Part shown: positions 46,773 through 56,012 of the stretch, piece after piece
How the letters are laid out: each line of letters starts with the position of its first letter
How positions within the stretch are numbered: the first letter of the stretch is position 1
Assembly (NCBI GenBank): GCA_028695135.1
Contig: JAQVJM010000004.1
Coordinates: 1,696-65,695, forward strand
DNA: 64,000 nucleotides
DNA from: Candidatus Moraniibacteriota bacterium
Lineage (GTDB): Bacteria > Patescibacteriota > Minisyncoccia > Moranbacterales > UBA9337
Direction of reading: 5' to 3'
The notes under the pieces: generated by a model
Databases searched by the model: none
What the model was told of the DNA's origin: nothing
What the model saw: the letters and a program-made list of their open reading frames with translations, nothing else
Program-made: the position numbers and the translations under genes

Positions 46773-47549
46773 ATGGATAACAATCAGAACCCCCGCATCT
46801 CCGTTGTAATTCCTACATATAACGAGGAAAAAAGAAAAGAGGCGATGGAGAAACACCTAAAATCTATAGGAGATCATTTTGATAGGCTGGGATTGTCTTA
46901 CGAGATAGTCATAGCTCTTGACGGACCGACTGATAAGACTCCAGAGCTGGTAAAGAGCCATCAGTCCAATCTTAAAAACATAGTTGTTATCGACAGGAAA
47001 GAAAATAAAGGAAAGGGATTTACGGTCAGAGAGGGAATGATGAAAGCTCGGGGGGAGATCCGTATTTTTACCGATATGGACGGCGCCACCCCGATAAATA
47101 TGATTGACAGGTTTATTCCTAAATTCAAAGAGGGATTCGATATTGTTATCGGTTCAAGAGATTTGGAAGAATCCGACGTGAAGGTGAGCCAGCCCATATG
47201 GAAAGTTTTTTTGGGAAATACGGGGAATCTTTTGATCCAATTTATCGGCGGATTATGGGGGATGAAGGATACGCAATGCGGCTTCAAAGCTTTTACTAAA
47301 AAAGCGACGGAAGATATAATCCCCAGAACAACAGTGGATAGATGGGGTCTGGATTTCGAGTTGCTTATGATAGGGAAAAAAAGAGGATACAAGATTTCCG
47401 AAGTCCCAGTAGAGTGGATAGACAGCGGAGACAGTCTGGTGGGGATAAGCGGATATATAAGTACTTTCAGGGATTTGTTCAATGTCAGATGGAATATGAT
47501 AAAGGGAGTTTATCAATTAGATAAATCTGTCGAGGAAATGAAAAAATAA
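46773..47549 (+). CDS. family-2 glycosyltransferase (polyprenyl-phosphate sugar transferase-like)
   Basis: VVIPTYNE, DGPTD and DMDGAT motifs of GT-A fold. Confidence 0.8.
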   Translation: MDNNQNPRISVVIPTYNEEKRKEAMEKHLKSIGDHFDRLGLSYEIVIALDGPTDKTPELVKSHQSNLKNIVVIDRKENKGKGFTVREGMMKARGEIRIFTDMDGATPINMIDRFIPKFKEGFDIVIGSRDLEESDVKVSQPIWKVFLGNTGNLLIQFIGGLWGMKDTQCGFKAFTKKATEDIIPRTTVDRWGLDFELLMIGKKRGYKISEVPVEWIDSGDSLVGISGYISTFRDLFNVRWNMIKGVYQLDKSVEEMKK

Positions 47550-47620
47550 AATTTTTTTATTGATGACGAGCTCGATCGTTACCAGGGATTTAAAATAAAA
47601 AACAAATAAAAAACAAATAA

Positions 47621-48697
47621 ATGAAAATAGAAGTTTCCCAGGAAGAGAAAGATAGGGATAAAAAAAAGGAAAAAAAGCCTCTTTTGAAAAAAATATACGC
47701 TGATTCCGAATTGAGGCAGGATATAGTAACCGGGGATTGGGTGGTTATCGCTACTGGTAGAGCCAAGAGACCGGAGGATTTTTCCAAGAATGAATATAGC
47801 ACCAACAGTTTGGATAATGACACAGAAAACTGTCTTTTTTGCTATCCTGCAAAAAGCAAGCAAGAAAAAGACACTCTTATCTACAGCAGAGAGGATGGGG
47901 AATGGACTTTGAGAGTTTTCCCGAACAAGTATCCGGCTTTTTCTCGAGGGAGAGTTCACAAGCCTGTTGGTGAAGGTCCTTATTTTGCAATGACGGGATC
48001 CGGTTATCACGAAGTTATAGTGACCAGGGATCATTTCAAGCACTTTCCCGACTTGACAGACATAGAGGTAGCGGAGGTTTTCGACGCTTACCAGGACAGA
48101 TATCTGAGTTTGATGAATAAAAAAAGCGTTAATTATATAACCATTTTCCATAATTACGGAAAAGAAGCCGGAGCCTCAATCGCTCATCCGCATTCACAAT
48201 TGATGGCCATACCAGTTATCTCTCCTTATATAAGACAGGAACTTAACGGTGCTGAAATTTACTATAAGAGTAACAAGAGATGCGTTTATTGTACGATAGC
48301 GGATTACGAAAGCAAAAATAAATCCAGAATCGTTTTCGAGAATGATAAATTTATCGCTTTCTGCCCCTTTTCTAGCCGTATCGCATTTGAAATCTGGGTT
48401 ATGCCTAAAAATCATGAACCTTATTTTGAAAGAATAACCGAGGAAGACAAACTTTCTTTGGCGGAAGTTTTCAGAAAAGCTCTTCTAGCCATAAAAAATA
48501 CGGTTAACAATCCTCCTTACAATTTCTATATCCATACCTCTCCTTGCGATGGAAAAGACTACCGTCATTACCATTGGCATATAGAGATTTTGCCCCATAC
48601 CTCTACTTGGGCGGGATTCGAATTGGAAACAGGAATAGAAATCTCCATAATAGAACCGGAAAAAGCAGCAGAAGCTCTGAGAAAAAATTTAAACTAG
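47621..48697 (+). CDS. galT: galactose-1-phosphate uridylyltransferase (HIT-family, GalT-like)
   Basis: CxxC zinc site (CLFC), FENDKF..FCPFSSRIAFE, HPHSQLMAIP (HxHxQ). Confidence 0.75.
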   Translation: MKIEVSQEEKDRDKKKEKKPLLKKIYADSELRQDIVTGDWVVIATGRAKRPEDFSKNEYSTNSLDNDTENCLFCYPAKSKQEKDTLIYSREDGEWTLRVFPNKYPAFSRGRVHKPVGEGPYFAMTGSGYHEVIVTRDHFKHFPDLTDIEVAEVFDAYQDRYLSLMNKKSVNYITIFHNYGKEAGASIAHPHSQLMAIPVISPYIRQELNGAEIYYKSNKRCVYCTIADYESKNKSRIVFENDKFIAFCPFSSRIAFEIWVMPKNHEPYFERITEEDKLSLAEVFRKALLAIKNTVNNPPYNFYIHTSPCDGKDYRHYHWHIEILPHTSTWAGFELETGIEISIIEPEKAAEALRKNLN

Positions 48698-48765
48698 AAT
48701 TTTTTAAATAAAAAATATTTTGAGATGTCGGTTTTGATGAATAAAGCCGAAATCTTTAAAAAAAT

Positions 48766-49209
48766 ATGAAGATACATAAAGATAAAATAGACTTGGAGAG
48801 CAAGACGCAGATTGATTTTATGGACATCACGGACAAAGTTGCCGAAATAATCGATAATTCCGGAATAAGAGAAGGCCAAGTGACGGTATTCTGCCCTCAT
48901 ACTACGATGGGTTTGGCCATCAACCACAATGAATCAATGCTGCTCCAGGACTTTATGAGGATACTTTATAAATTGGTTCCGGTCGAAGATCAATATTCTC
49001 ATGATTTGTTCGAACTGAGAAGCGGAGGAAAAGGATCAGACGGAAGAAGCAACGGCCATTCCCATTCAAAATCCATTTTGATGGGCTCAAGCGAGACAAT
49101 ACCCATAACCAGAGGAAAAATGATGTTGGGCGGGAAGCAAAGCATTTTTGCCGTTGAGTTCGACGGGAGCAGAAAGAGGGATGTCATGATACAAGTTATG
49201 GGAGAATAA
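48766..49209 (+). CDS. yjbQ: YjbQ/UPF0047 family protein (secondary thiamine-phosphate synthase-like)
   Basis: conserved TVFCPHTTMGL and SHSKS.LMGSS segments. Confidence 0.75.
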   Translation: MKIHKDKIDLESKTQIDFMDITDKVAEIIDNSGIREGQVTVFCPHTTMGLAINHNESMLLQDFMRILYKLVPVEDQYSHDLFELRSGGKGSDGRSNGHSHSKSILMGSSETIPITRGKMMLGGKQSIFAVEFDGSRKRDVMIQVMGE

Positions 49210-49234
49210 TAACAATTCTTAATTTATCCAATCA

Positions 49235-49861
49235 ATGAACAGGTTAACCAATAATTTGATGAGAAACGGTTACCTGAAGTCGGATTATGTAATAGAGGCG
49301 TTCGCTAATGTAAACAGGATAGAGTTCGTCCCTCGCGATTTGGAGCTTCAGGCCGATATAGACATGCCTCTGCCCATAGGCTATGGACAGACTATTTCTC
49401 AGCCGACCACCGTGGCTATAATGCTGGAGCTTTTGGATCCGCGTCCGGGCCAGAAGATATTGGATGTCGGAAGCGGATCAGGTTGGACGACCGCTCTCCT
49501 TTCTTATATAGTAGGCGAGAAAGGCAAAGTGATTGCCCTGGAAAGAATAAAGGATCTTTGCGATTGGGGAAGGAAAAATGTCGACAAGATGGGATTTGTA
49601 AGGCGGGGAATAGCGGAATTTTATAACCTAGACGGAAGCGAAGGCCATAAAGCGCGTTCTCCTTACGACAGAATTCTGGCCTCCGCCGCTGCCAATGAAG
49701 TTCCTCAATCACTCAAGGATCAGCTTAAAATAGGAGGCAAGCTGGTTATGCCGGTAAGGAATTATCTTTATTATGCAGAAAAAAAAGGAGAAAAAGAATT
49801 TTATGAAGAAAAATACCCGGGCTTTGCTTTCGTGCCTTTGGTAAAAAAATCAAATAATTAA
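49235..49861 (+). CDS. pcm: protein-L-isoaspartate O-methyltransferase
   Basis: QTISQP, SAM motif LDVGSGSGW, later methyltransferase motifs. Confidence 0.85.
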   Translation: MNRLTNNLMRNGYLKSDYVIEAFANVNRIEFVPRDLELQADIDMPLPIGYGQTISQPTTVAIMLELLDPRPGQKILDVGSGSGWTTALLSYIVGEKGKVIALERIKDLCDWGRKNVDKMGFVRRGIAEFYNLDGSEGHKARSPYDRILASAAANEVPQSLKDQLKIGGKLVMPVRNYLYYAEKKGEKEFYEEKYPGFAFVPLVKKSNN

Positions 49862-49879
49862 AAACCAAACCGATATAAA

Positions 49880-49906
49880 TTAGCACTCTGGATGGGGGAT
49901 TGCTAA
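49880..49906 (+). promoter_or_regulatory. CIRCE inverted repeat (HrcA operator) upstream of dnaJ: TTAGCACTC-N9-GATTGCTAA
   Basis: left half is a perfect consensus, 9-nt spacer, right half has one mismatch to GAGTGCTAA; 145 nt upstream of dnaJ. Confidence 0.8.
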
Positions 49907-50050
49907 TTTTTTAATTTTGGTGTAAGATATTTCCGTAAGTCAAAAGGAAAATTTATATTTTTTGCAAAAAGATGAAAATCGATATTAATTTCAATTTTAT
50001 TTTTATGCGCAATCCGCTTGCTCTTGAAGCTTTTTGCGCTGAGTTATAAG

Positions 50051-51136
50051 ATGGCTGATTACTATAAGATTCTGGGAGTCGATAAAAGCGCCTCCGATGA
50101 TGAAATAAAAAAAGCTTACAGAAAATTGGCGCACAAATATCATCCGGACAAGAAAGGAGGAGACGAGAATAAGTTTAAAGAAATAAACGAAGCCTATCAG
50201 GTCTTATCAGACAAGACTAAGCGCTCGCAATATGATCAATTTGGCCAGACTTTTGAAGGAGCTGGGGGATTTAATAAAGGCGGTTTCGGAGGGTTTTCGG
50301 GATTTGGAGGGCAATGGGACTTTTCCGGGTTTTCAGGACAATCGGAACCCGGAGGTTGGGAGGATATATTCTCCGATATTTTCGGGGGATCCGGAAGGGG
50401 GTTCGGAGAAAAAAGAGGAGGCGATATACAAGTTGACATAGAGATTCCTTTCGAAGAAATGATAAAAGGAACCCAAAAAACCATAAAACTTTACAAAAAT
50501 TCAAGATGCAGTGTTTGCAACGGATCGGGAGGAGAGCCTGGCGCCAAAGAAGAAAATTGTAAAGCTTGCGGAGGAACCGGAAGGATAAGAAAGACAGTAA
50601 GAAGCATATTCGGAGCTATTTCTCAGGAAAGCGTGTGCAAAGATTGCCAAGGGAAGGGAAAAGTTTTTTCCCAAAAATGCAAAGTTTGCGAAGGTTCGGG
50701 AACCGTCAAGGAAGAGAAAAATATCCCCATAGATATTCCGGCGGGCATACAAGACGGCCAGACGATTTCTATCCAGGGTGAAGGAGAGGCAGGGCGTTAT
50801 GGCGCTCCCAGCGGAGATCTGTATGTAAATATTCGCATCATTCCGCACAAAAAATTTGTCCGGAAGGGAGATGATATATTTTCTGAAGAAACGATAAAAT
50901 TTTTTCAAGCTGCTCTGGGAGACCATATAGAAGTGGAGACCGTAGAAGGAAAAGTTTCCATGAAAGTTCCGGCAGGAACGCAGTCGGGAGAGATTTTTAG
51001 GATCCGTTCCAAAGGGGTGCCCCATCTCAGGGGCGGAGGCAGAGGGCATCATATGGTTAAGATTATCGTAGAAATTCCTAAAAAATTAAGCGGAAAAGAA
51101 AAAGAGCTGATCCAGCAGCTCAAAAATTTGGGATAA
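50051..51136 (+). CDS. dnaJ: molecular chaperone DnaJ
   Basis: J-domain with HPD, Gly/Phe-rich linker, four CxxCxGxG zinc-finger repeats, C-terminal domain. Confidence 0.9.
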   Translation: MADYYKILGVDKSASDDEIKKAYRKLAHKYHPDKKGGDENKFKEINEAYQVLSDKTKRSQYDQFGQTFEGAGGFNKGGFGGFSGFGGQWDFSGFSGQSEPGGWEDIFSDIFGGSGRGFGEKRGGDIQVDIEIPFEEMIKGTQKTIKLYKNSRCSVCNGSGGEPGAKEENCKACGGTGRIRKTVRSIFGAISQESVCKDCQGKGKVFSQKCKVCEGSGTVKEEKNIPIDIPAGIQDGQTISIQGEGEAGRYGAPSGDLYVNIRIIPHKKFVRKGDDIFSEETIKFFQAALGDHIEVETVEGKVSMKVPAGTQSGEIFRIRSKGVPHLRGGGRGHHMVKIIVEIPKKLSGKEKELIQQLKNLG

Positions 51137-51263
51137 CTGCGCGTTTGATCCATCTTCGCTTGCAGTGCGGGCGGATGGCGGATGCGCCGATGAATAGCAG
51201 CAAAAAATAAAAAATTTTTAAATTTCAGCGGATTTGAAAACAATCTTGTAATTTTTTTAAGAA

Positions 51264-51656
51264 ATGATTTTTTGGAAAAAAGAAGGCGCTAAAATAGGGA
51301 AAATCGGAGAAAGAGAAGCAAAAAATTTCTTAAAGAAGAAAGGATTTAAAATCGTAGATGTCAATTTTCAAAATACCCGGGGCCGGAAAGCGGGAGAAAT
51401 CGACATAGTGGCTCGCAAAGAAAACGAAATCATTTTTGTCGAAGTCAAATCCAGACTGACGGAGGATAGGGAAAGTCTTCCTGAAGAAAATATAACTTTC
51501 AAAAAACTCAAAAGCCTGCAGAGGATAGCCCGGATCTATCTTAAAGAAAAAAATATGGCTGATGCGTCTTATCATTTCGATGCGGTTTCCGTCCTGATTT
51601 CTCCGGAGAGCAAAAAGGTTGTGAAGATATATCATTTGGAAAATATATTCATATAA
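51264..51656 (+). CDS. yraN: YraN-family (UPF0102) predicted endonuclease
   Basis: GE.EA..FL...GF..V..N pattern and EIDIVA...FVEVK core. Confidence 0.75.
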   Translation: MIFWKKEGAKIGKIGEREAKNFLKKKGFKIVDVNFQNTRGRKAGEIDIVARKENEIIFVEVKSRLTEDRESLPEENITFKKLKSLQRIARIYLKEKNMADASYHFDAVSVLISPESKKVVKIYHLENIFI

Positions 51657-51667
51657 GAAGAAGCTTT

Positions 51668-51712
51668 TTGATTTTGGAAAATAGAGGCTTCTGTAGAGGC
51701 CTCTATAGAAGC
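51668..51712 (+). terminator. long palindromic stem-loop/terminator (AATAGAGGCTTCTGTAGAGGCCTCTATAGAAGCCTCTATT)
   Basis: 40-nt near-perfect palindrome after the yraN stop. Confidence 0.55.
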
Positions 51713-51795
51713 CTCTATTGACTTTCCGGCTTTCGAGATGTATATTTGCAAGTCAACGAGGATAGTTTTTTAAAATTTTTTTAAGGAGGGCGCTG

Positions 51796-52212
51796 ATGAG
51801 TAATTTTTTATTAACAGCAACGGTATCTTTGATCTTTCTTTTTATTTATCAGCCGGCCATATCGGCCGAGTATCAAGTGGAAAAAGGGGACGTGATGGGC
51901 AGCATCTCCGAAAAAACCAAGCAGTCCATAGAATGTCTCTGCTATGCCAACGGCATAGATCTTGAGACTCTCAAGATTAAAGCCGGGCAGACAATCATCT
52001 ATCCGAACGAAGATGACTTTATCGAGGCGGAGAAATTCGTTTTTGAGCATATTCTCGGGATGGCTCCCGATCATCCGGATTATAAGTATTTTCTAAAAAT
52101 TCACGGATATCTGAAAATTAGAAAGCTTAAATGCGCGGATGATCAGGAAGGCATTTCCCTGGACGAGGCGGTAGCCTTAGCCGAGGCTAGAAGGGCGCTG
52201 ACATTGAATTGA
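51796..52212 (+). CDS. secreted LysM-domain protein
   Basis: signal peptide; YQVEKGDVMGSISEKT...LKIKAGQTIIYP LysM motif; SD AAGGAGG upstream. Confidence 0.6.
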   Translation: MSNFLLTATVSLIFLFIYQPAISAEYQVEKGDVMGSISEKTKQSIECLCYANGIDLETLKIKAGQTIIYPNEDDFIEAEKFVFEHILGMAPDHPDYKYFLKIHGYLKIRKLKCADDQEGISLDEAVALAEARRALTLN

Positions 52213-52333
52213 TCGGTTCTTTAAGGAGTTTTAACGGTGATGAGCGAAAGCTTGTCGCCGTTTTTTAAATTAAAAAAGCAAGAGTTCCGGCCTTGCGAAA
52301 ATCCTGCCTTTTGATCTTTTCCTCCTTTCCTTT

Positions 52334-52495
52334 TTATAATTTTTTCCCGCAATCCCGGCAATGTTTGTCGCCGTAAGACTTGTAGCGGTCGTGGTCTCCC
52401 ACCGAGCACTTCGGAGAATCGTTCTTCTCTGAGTTTTCACGCGGCTTTCCGCATTCTTTGCAGAACCTTGAATCTTTTTCTCCTTCTCCAAGCAT
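52334..52495 (-). CDS. small zinc-ribbon protein (53 aa; CxxC...CxxC), unlisted in the ORF track
   Basis: SD GGAGG 8 nt upstream of ATG 52495; MLGEGEKDSRFCKECGKPRENSEKNDSPKCSVGDHDRYKSYGDKHCRDCGKKL; minus-strand terminator at ~52277-52305. Confidence 0.45.
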   Translation of the reverse strand: MLGEGEKDSRFCKECGKPRENSEKNDSPKCSVGDHDRYKSYGDKHCRDCGKKL

Positions 52496-52575
52496 AATTT
52501 TTTCCTCCCGGTTGATAAGTATCGGATTTCGATATAGTATTGTAAGCAGATAAAGAAGTCAATAATGTAATTTTT

Positions 52576-54009
52576 ATGAAAAAATATTTTTATATAACAA
52601 CGACCCTTCCCTACGTGAATGATAAGCCTCATATCGGTTTTGCCAGCGAGATCGTTTTGGCCGACGCGCGGGCGCGTTTTGAGGGGTCTTTGGGAAAGGA
52701 AGTAGTTTTTAATACCGGAACGGACGAGCATGGAGCAAAGATCTGGCAGAAAGCTCGAGAAGAAGCAAGAGACGTTCAGGAATATGTGGATGAATACGCA
52801 GCTAAATTTGACGAGCTTAAAAAAATGTTGAATTTAAGCTATACAAATTTTATCAGGACGACTGACGAGAAGCATTTGAGGGCGGTCCGGGAAATGTGGA
52901 AAAGAGTAGATCAAAACGGATATATTTATAAGAAGAAATACAAGATAAAATATTGCATAGGTTGTGAATTGGAAAAGACCGATAGCGAACTTATCGACGG
53001 TTGTTGCCCGCTTCATCCGGGGAAAGAATTGGAAATCATCGAAGAAGAGAATTATTTTTTCAAATTCAGCGCATTTCAAGAAAAACTTTTGGAGCTATAC
53101 AAAGATAATCCAGATTTTGTAATCCCCCAAAAGAGGCTCAACGAAATAAGCTCTTTTGTGGAACGCGGGCTGGAAGATTTTTCCGTTTCAAGGCTCAAAG
53201 AAAAAATGCCTTGGGGCGTGCCGGTTCCGGGGGACGACAGCCAAGTGATGTATGTCTGGTTCGATGCCCTGACCAATTATATTTCCACTCTCGGCTGGCC
53301 GGATGACAAAGAGAATTTCGAGAAATTTTGGGGAACCGAAGAAAACCCGAATGCCGTCCAAATCGCGGGAAAAGACAATCTCCGCCAGCAGTCGGCTATG
53401 TGGCAAGCGATGCTTATAGCCGCTGATTTGCCTACAAGTAAGCAGGTGTTTATTAATGGATTTATAGGGGTAGATGGGCAGAAGATGAGCAAGTCCCTAG
53501 GGAATGTGATTTCCCCAAAAGAAATGGTGGCAAAATTCGGAGTGGACGGAACAAGATATCTTCTTCTTACCAAGGGGACATTCGGAGAAGATAGTGATAT
53601 CTCTTGGGAAAAGTTAACCGGTAAATACAATTCAGACTTGGCTAACGGTTTGGGGAATTTGGTTTCGAGAGTTATTGTGCTTTCTGGAGATTTGGATTTT
53701 AAAACTTCTGGATCCGACTCTGTTTTTTCTGAGGAAGATGTGAAAATGATGAATAAGATGAACATGGATAAGATTTTAGATAATATCTGGAATATTGTGC
53801 GTGAAGATAATAAATATATTGAAGACAGAAAACCTTGGGAGCTAAAGAAAGAAAATCAAGAAGAATTTGAAAAAGTAATGAAAAAACTTGTCTCAGATCT
53901 CTATCATATATCTCAACTCTTAACACCTTTCATGCCGGAGACTTCTGAGAAAATTAAAAAAGCTCTTGAGACAAAAGAAAGAGTTATTTTATTTGAAAAG
54001 ATAAGATGA
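52576..54009 (+). CDS. metG: methionine--tRNA ligase (short form lacking the C-terminal dimerisation domain)
   Basis: HIGH variant PHIGF, zinc knuckle CIGC...C..H, KMSKS. Confidence 0.9.
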   Translation: MKKYFYITTTLPYVNDKPHIGFASEIVLADARARFEGSLGKEVVFNTGTDEHGAKIWQKAREEARDVQEYVDEYAAKFDELKKMLNLSYTNFIRTTDEKHLRAVREMWKRVDQNGYIYKKKYKIKYCIGCELEKTDSELIDGCCPLHPGKELEIIEEENYFFKFSAFQEKLLELYKDNPDFVIPQKRLNEISSFVERGLEDFSVSRLKEKMPWGVPVPGDDSQVMYVWFDALTNYISTLGWPDDKENFEKFWGTEENPNAVQIAGKDNLRQQSAMWQAMLIAADLPTSKQVFINGFIGVDGQKMSKSLGNVISPKEMVAKFGVDGTRYLLLTKGTFGEDSDISWEKLTGKYNSDLANGLGNLVSRVIVLSGDLDFKTSGSDSVFSEEDVKMMNKMNMDKILDNIWNIVREDNKYIEDRKPWELKKENQEEFEKVMKKLVSDLYHISQLLTPFMPETSEKIKKALETKERVILFEKIR

Positions 54010-54482
54010 ATAAAATAGTTTCCAATCTGATCCTGATTTATGATGATAAAAAAATTCTTTTGGGAATGAAAAAGCGGGGATTTGGCGAGGGTAAATGGAA
54101 TGGATTTGGCGGAAAACCTCGTGAAAATGAGACTATAAAAAAAGCAGCAGTGAGAGAGCTTAAAGAAGAAGCTTTTATTGATTTGAAAAATCTCGAAATC
54201 TTAAAAGAGAGAGGAATTATCAATTTTCACTTTGAAGGTAATGATGAGATTCAAGAAGTTCATTTCCTATCTGTTTCCAGCGATGATATTATCGGAGAAC
54301 CTCAGGAAACGGAAGAGATGCTTCCCAAATGGTTTGCGCATAGCGAAATTCCTTTCGGAAAAATGTGGGTAGATGACCCACATTGGATGCCACACTTACT
54401 GAAAGGTAAAAATTTATCCGGAGAGTTTTATTTTAATGAGGATGGAAGTGCTATTTTAGAAAGTAAGTTGGAAGTTAAATGA
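54006..54482 (+). CDS. NUDIX hydrolase (MutT-like)
   Basis: Nudix box GKWNGFGGKPRENETIKKAAVRELKEEA; start overlaps the metG stop (ATGA). Confidence 0.8.
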   Translation: MNKIVSNLILIYDDKKILLGMKKRGFGEGKWNGFGGKPRENETIKKAAVRELKEEAFIDLKNLEILKERGIINFHFEGNDEIQEVHFLSVSSDDIIGEPQETEEMLPKWFAHSEIPFGKMWVDDPHWMPHLLKGKNLSGEFYFNEDGSAILESKLEVK

Positions 54483-54483
54483 A

Positions 54484-54519
54484 AACTCTCTTGAATTATT
54501 TTTCAAGAGAGTTTCTTTT
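54484..54519. terminator. bidirectional terminator (ACTCTCTTGAA-TTATTT-TTCAAGAGAGT)
   Basis: 11-bp perfect stem between convergent genes. Confidence 0.6.
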
Positions 54520-54524
54520 CGGGT

Positions 54525-54803
54525 CTACCAAAATATTATTATGGAAGCCGGCGAGTCGCTTTCTTTCCATTTTTCTTTAAAGCCTTCGAGGAACTCATCC
54601 TTTATTAGTTGGAAAGAAGATGCAACAAGTAAAACAGCTCCCCCAAGTTTATTTTTGTCACAGCCTTTTCTCGTTTTCAGTATTGTGTCAGCCAGTCTAT
54701 GACCCTCCTCTACTGTATGTCCTCCAGTCAGGCCAGATAAGGTACCCCGGAAATCGAAGAGGCCATTTGGAGAACTAATTTTAATTTCTTCTTTTTTGGC
54801 CAT
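54525..54803 (-). CDS. hypothetical protein (92 aa), second gene of a two-gene SD-coupled operon; toxin/antitoxin-like arrangement
   Basis: MAKKEEIKISSPNGLFDFRGTLSGLTGGHTVEEGHRLAD...; ATG lies 2 nt after the upstream stop. Confidence 0.45.
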   Translation of the reverse strand: MAKKEEIKISSPNGLFDFRGTLSGLTGGHTVEEGHRLADTILKTRKGCDKNKLGGAVLLVASSFQLIKDEFLEGFKEKWKESDSPASIIIFW

Positions 54804-54805
54804 CC

Positions 54806-54970
54806 TCAGCCACAAGTTTGTATCAGGGACAATTTTTCTTCCTTTAACAATATAGAAGAGTTACCGATTTTTGTGGTTTTTGGAAGAATTTGCATATAAA
54901 CTTTAAAGCAATTCAAAAAAATTTCCCCTGAACTATCCTCAATTTGAATAATATTCACCTGGTTCTCCAT
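54806..54970 (-). CDS. hypothetical protein (54 aa), first gene of the bicistron; unlisted in the ORF track
   Basis: SD AAGGAGG 7 nt before ATG 54970; MENQVNIIQIEDSSGEIFLNCFKVYMQILPKTTKIGNSSILLKEEKLSLIQTCG. Confidence 0.4.
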   Translation of the reverse strand: MENQVNIIQIEDSSGEIFLNCFKVYMQILPKTTKIGNSSILLKEEKLSLIQTCG

Positions 54971-55071
54971 AATAGACCTCCTTTTTTTGATCTGCGGCTT
55001 TGTTTTGTGTAATATTAATTTATAACAAAGAACAATGAATAATAATAAATAATTTCCATAAAGTCAAGACG

Positions 55072-55920
55072 ATGTTTGATTCACACGCTCATGTAAATTT
55101 CAAGGCCTTTAAAGATGATGGAGACGATGTTATAAAGAGGTCTTTAGAAAGCAATACCTTTATAATTAACGTTGGCTCACAGTACAGTACAAGCCAGCGA
55201 GCTGTTGAATATGCTCAAAAATTTGAAACTGGAGTGTGGGCGGCCGTAGGGATTCATCCGATTCATATAAAAGTTAAAAGTGAAAAGTTAAAAGTCGAAA
55301 GTTCCACCCCCTCTCAATCTCCCCCTCAGGGAAGGGGAGAAGTTTATTTTGAAGAATTTGATTATGGTGAATACAAAAAATTAGCGGAAAATGAAAAAGT
55401 AGTGGCGATTGGAGAAGTCGGGCTGGATTATCATCACTTTGACGGGGTAACCGGAATTTCAGAAATAAAAGAAAAACAGAAGAAAGTTTTAAAAGAATTT
55501 ATCAAGCTTGCTAATGAAGTGAAAAAACCAATGGCTATTCACTGCTGGGATGCTTATGATGATTTATTTGAAATACTAAGAAAGAATCCAATTGAAAAAA
55601 GAGGGGTGGTGCACAGTTTTATTGGAAGCTGGAAGACGGCGCAGAAATTTATTGAAATGGGATACAAAATCGGACTCAATGGAATAATCACCTATTCGGA
55701 ATCTTATGATAAGCTTATCCGAAATATTGACTTGAAAGATGTCTTGATCGAGACTGACTGTCCGTATCTCAATCCCAAACCTCTGCCAAGAGAAGATAGA
55801 AATGAACCGATAAATGTAAAGTATGTCGCCCGAAAAATTTCTGAAGTAAAAGGGATTGAGATTGATGAAGTTGAAAGAATTACAGCCGAAAATGCCAAAA
55901 AATTATTCAAAATAAGATGA
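55072..55920 (+). CDS. tatD: TatD-family metal-dependent DNase/hydrolase; carries an in-frame composite repeat insertion
   Basis: DSHAHVNF start, GIHP, EVGLDYH, HCW(D), HSF(IG) motifs. Confidence 0.85.
   Translation: MFDSHAHVNFKAFKDDGDDVIKRSLESNTFIINVGSQYSTSQRAVEYAQKFETGVWAAVGIHPIHIKVKSEKLKVESSTPSQSPPQGRGEVYFEEFDYGEYKKLAENEKVVAIGEVGLDYHHFDGVTGISEIKEKQKKVLKEFIKLANEVKKPMAIHCWDAYDDLFEILRKNPIEKRGVVHSFIGSWKTAQKFIEMGYKIGLNGIITYSESYDKLIRNIDLKDVLIETDCPYLNPKPLPREDRNEPINVKYVARKISEVKGIEIDEVERITAENAKKLFKIR
55265..55345 (+). repeat. in-frame composite insertion in tatD: AT-rich (AAAGTTAAAAGTGAAAAGTTAAAAGTCGAAAG) unit plus GC-rich palindrome (CTCCCCCTCAGGGAAGGGGAG)
   Basis: translated as KVKSEKLKVESSTPSQSPPQGRGE between conserved GIHP and EEFD blocks. 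Confidence 0.7.
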
Positions 55921-55978
55921 AAAATGACCGGATCAAGAGTCAGAAGTATCCTGAGAGACATTGCCATTTTTAATTTTA

Positions 55979-56007
55979 TTGACATTATCATTTTCTTGTT
56001 CTAAAAT
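55979..56007 (+). promoter_or_regulatory. putative atp-operon promoter (TTGACA-17-TAAAAT)
   Basis: consensus -35 and a strong -10 with 17-nt spacing, ending 6 nt before the atpI-like ORF. Confidence 0.5.
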
Positions 56008-56012
56008 GGAAT

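Noticed and set aside
52270-52731. 153-aa minus-strand ORF overlapping the metG start
   Set aside because: It overlaps the metG N-terminus and the better-supported 53-aa zinc-ribbon gene in a different frame, has no RBS and a low-complexity translation.
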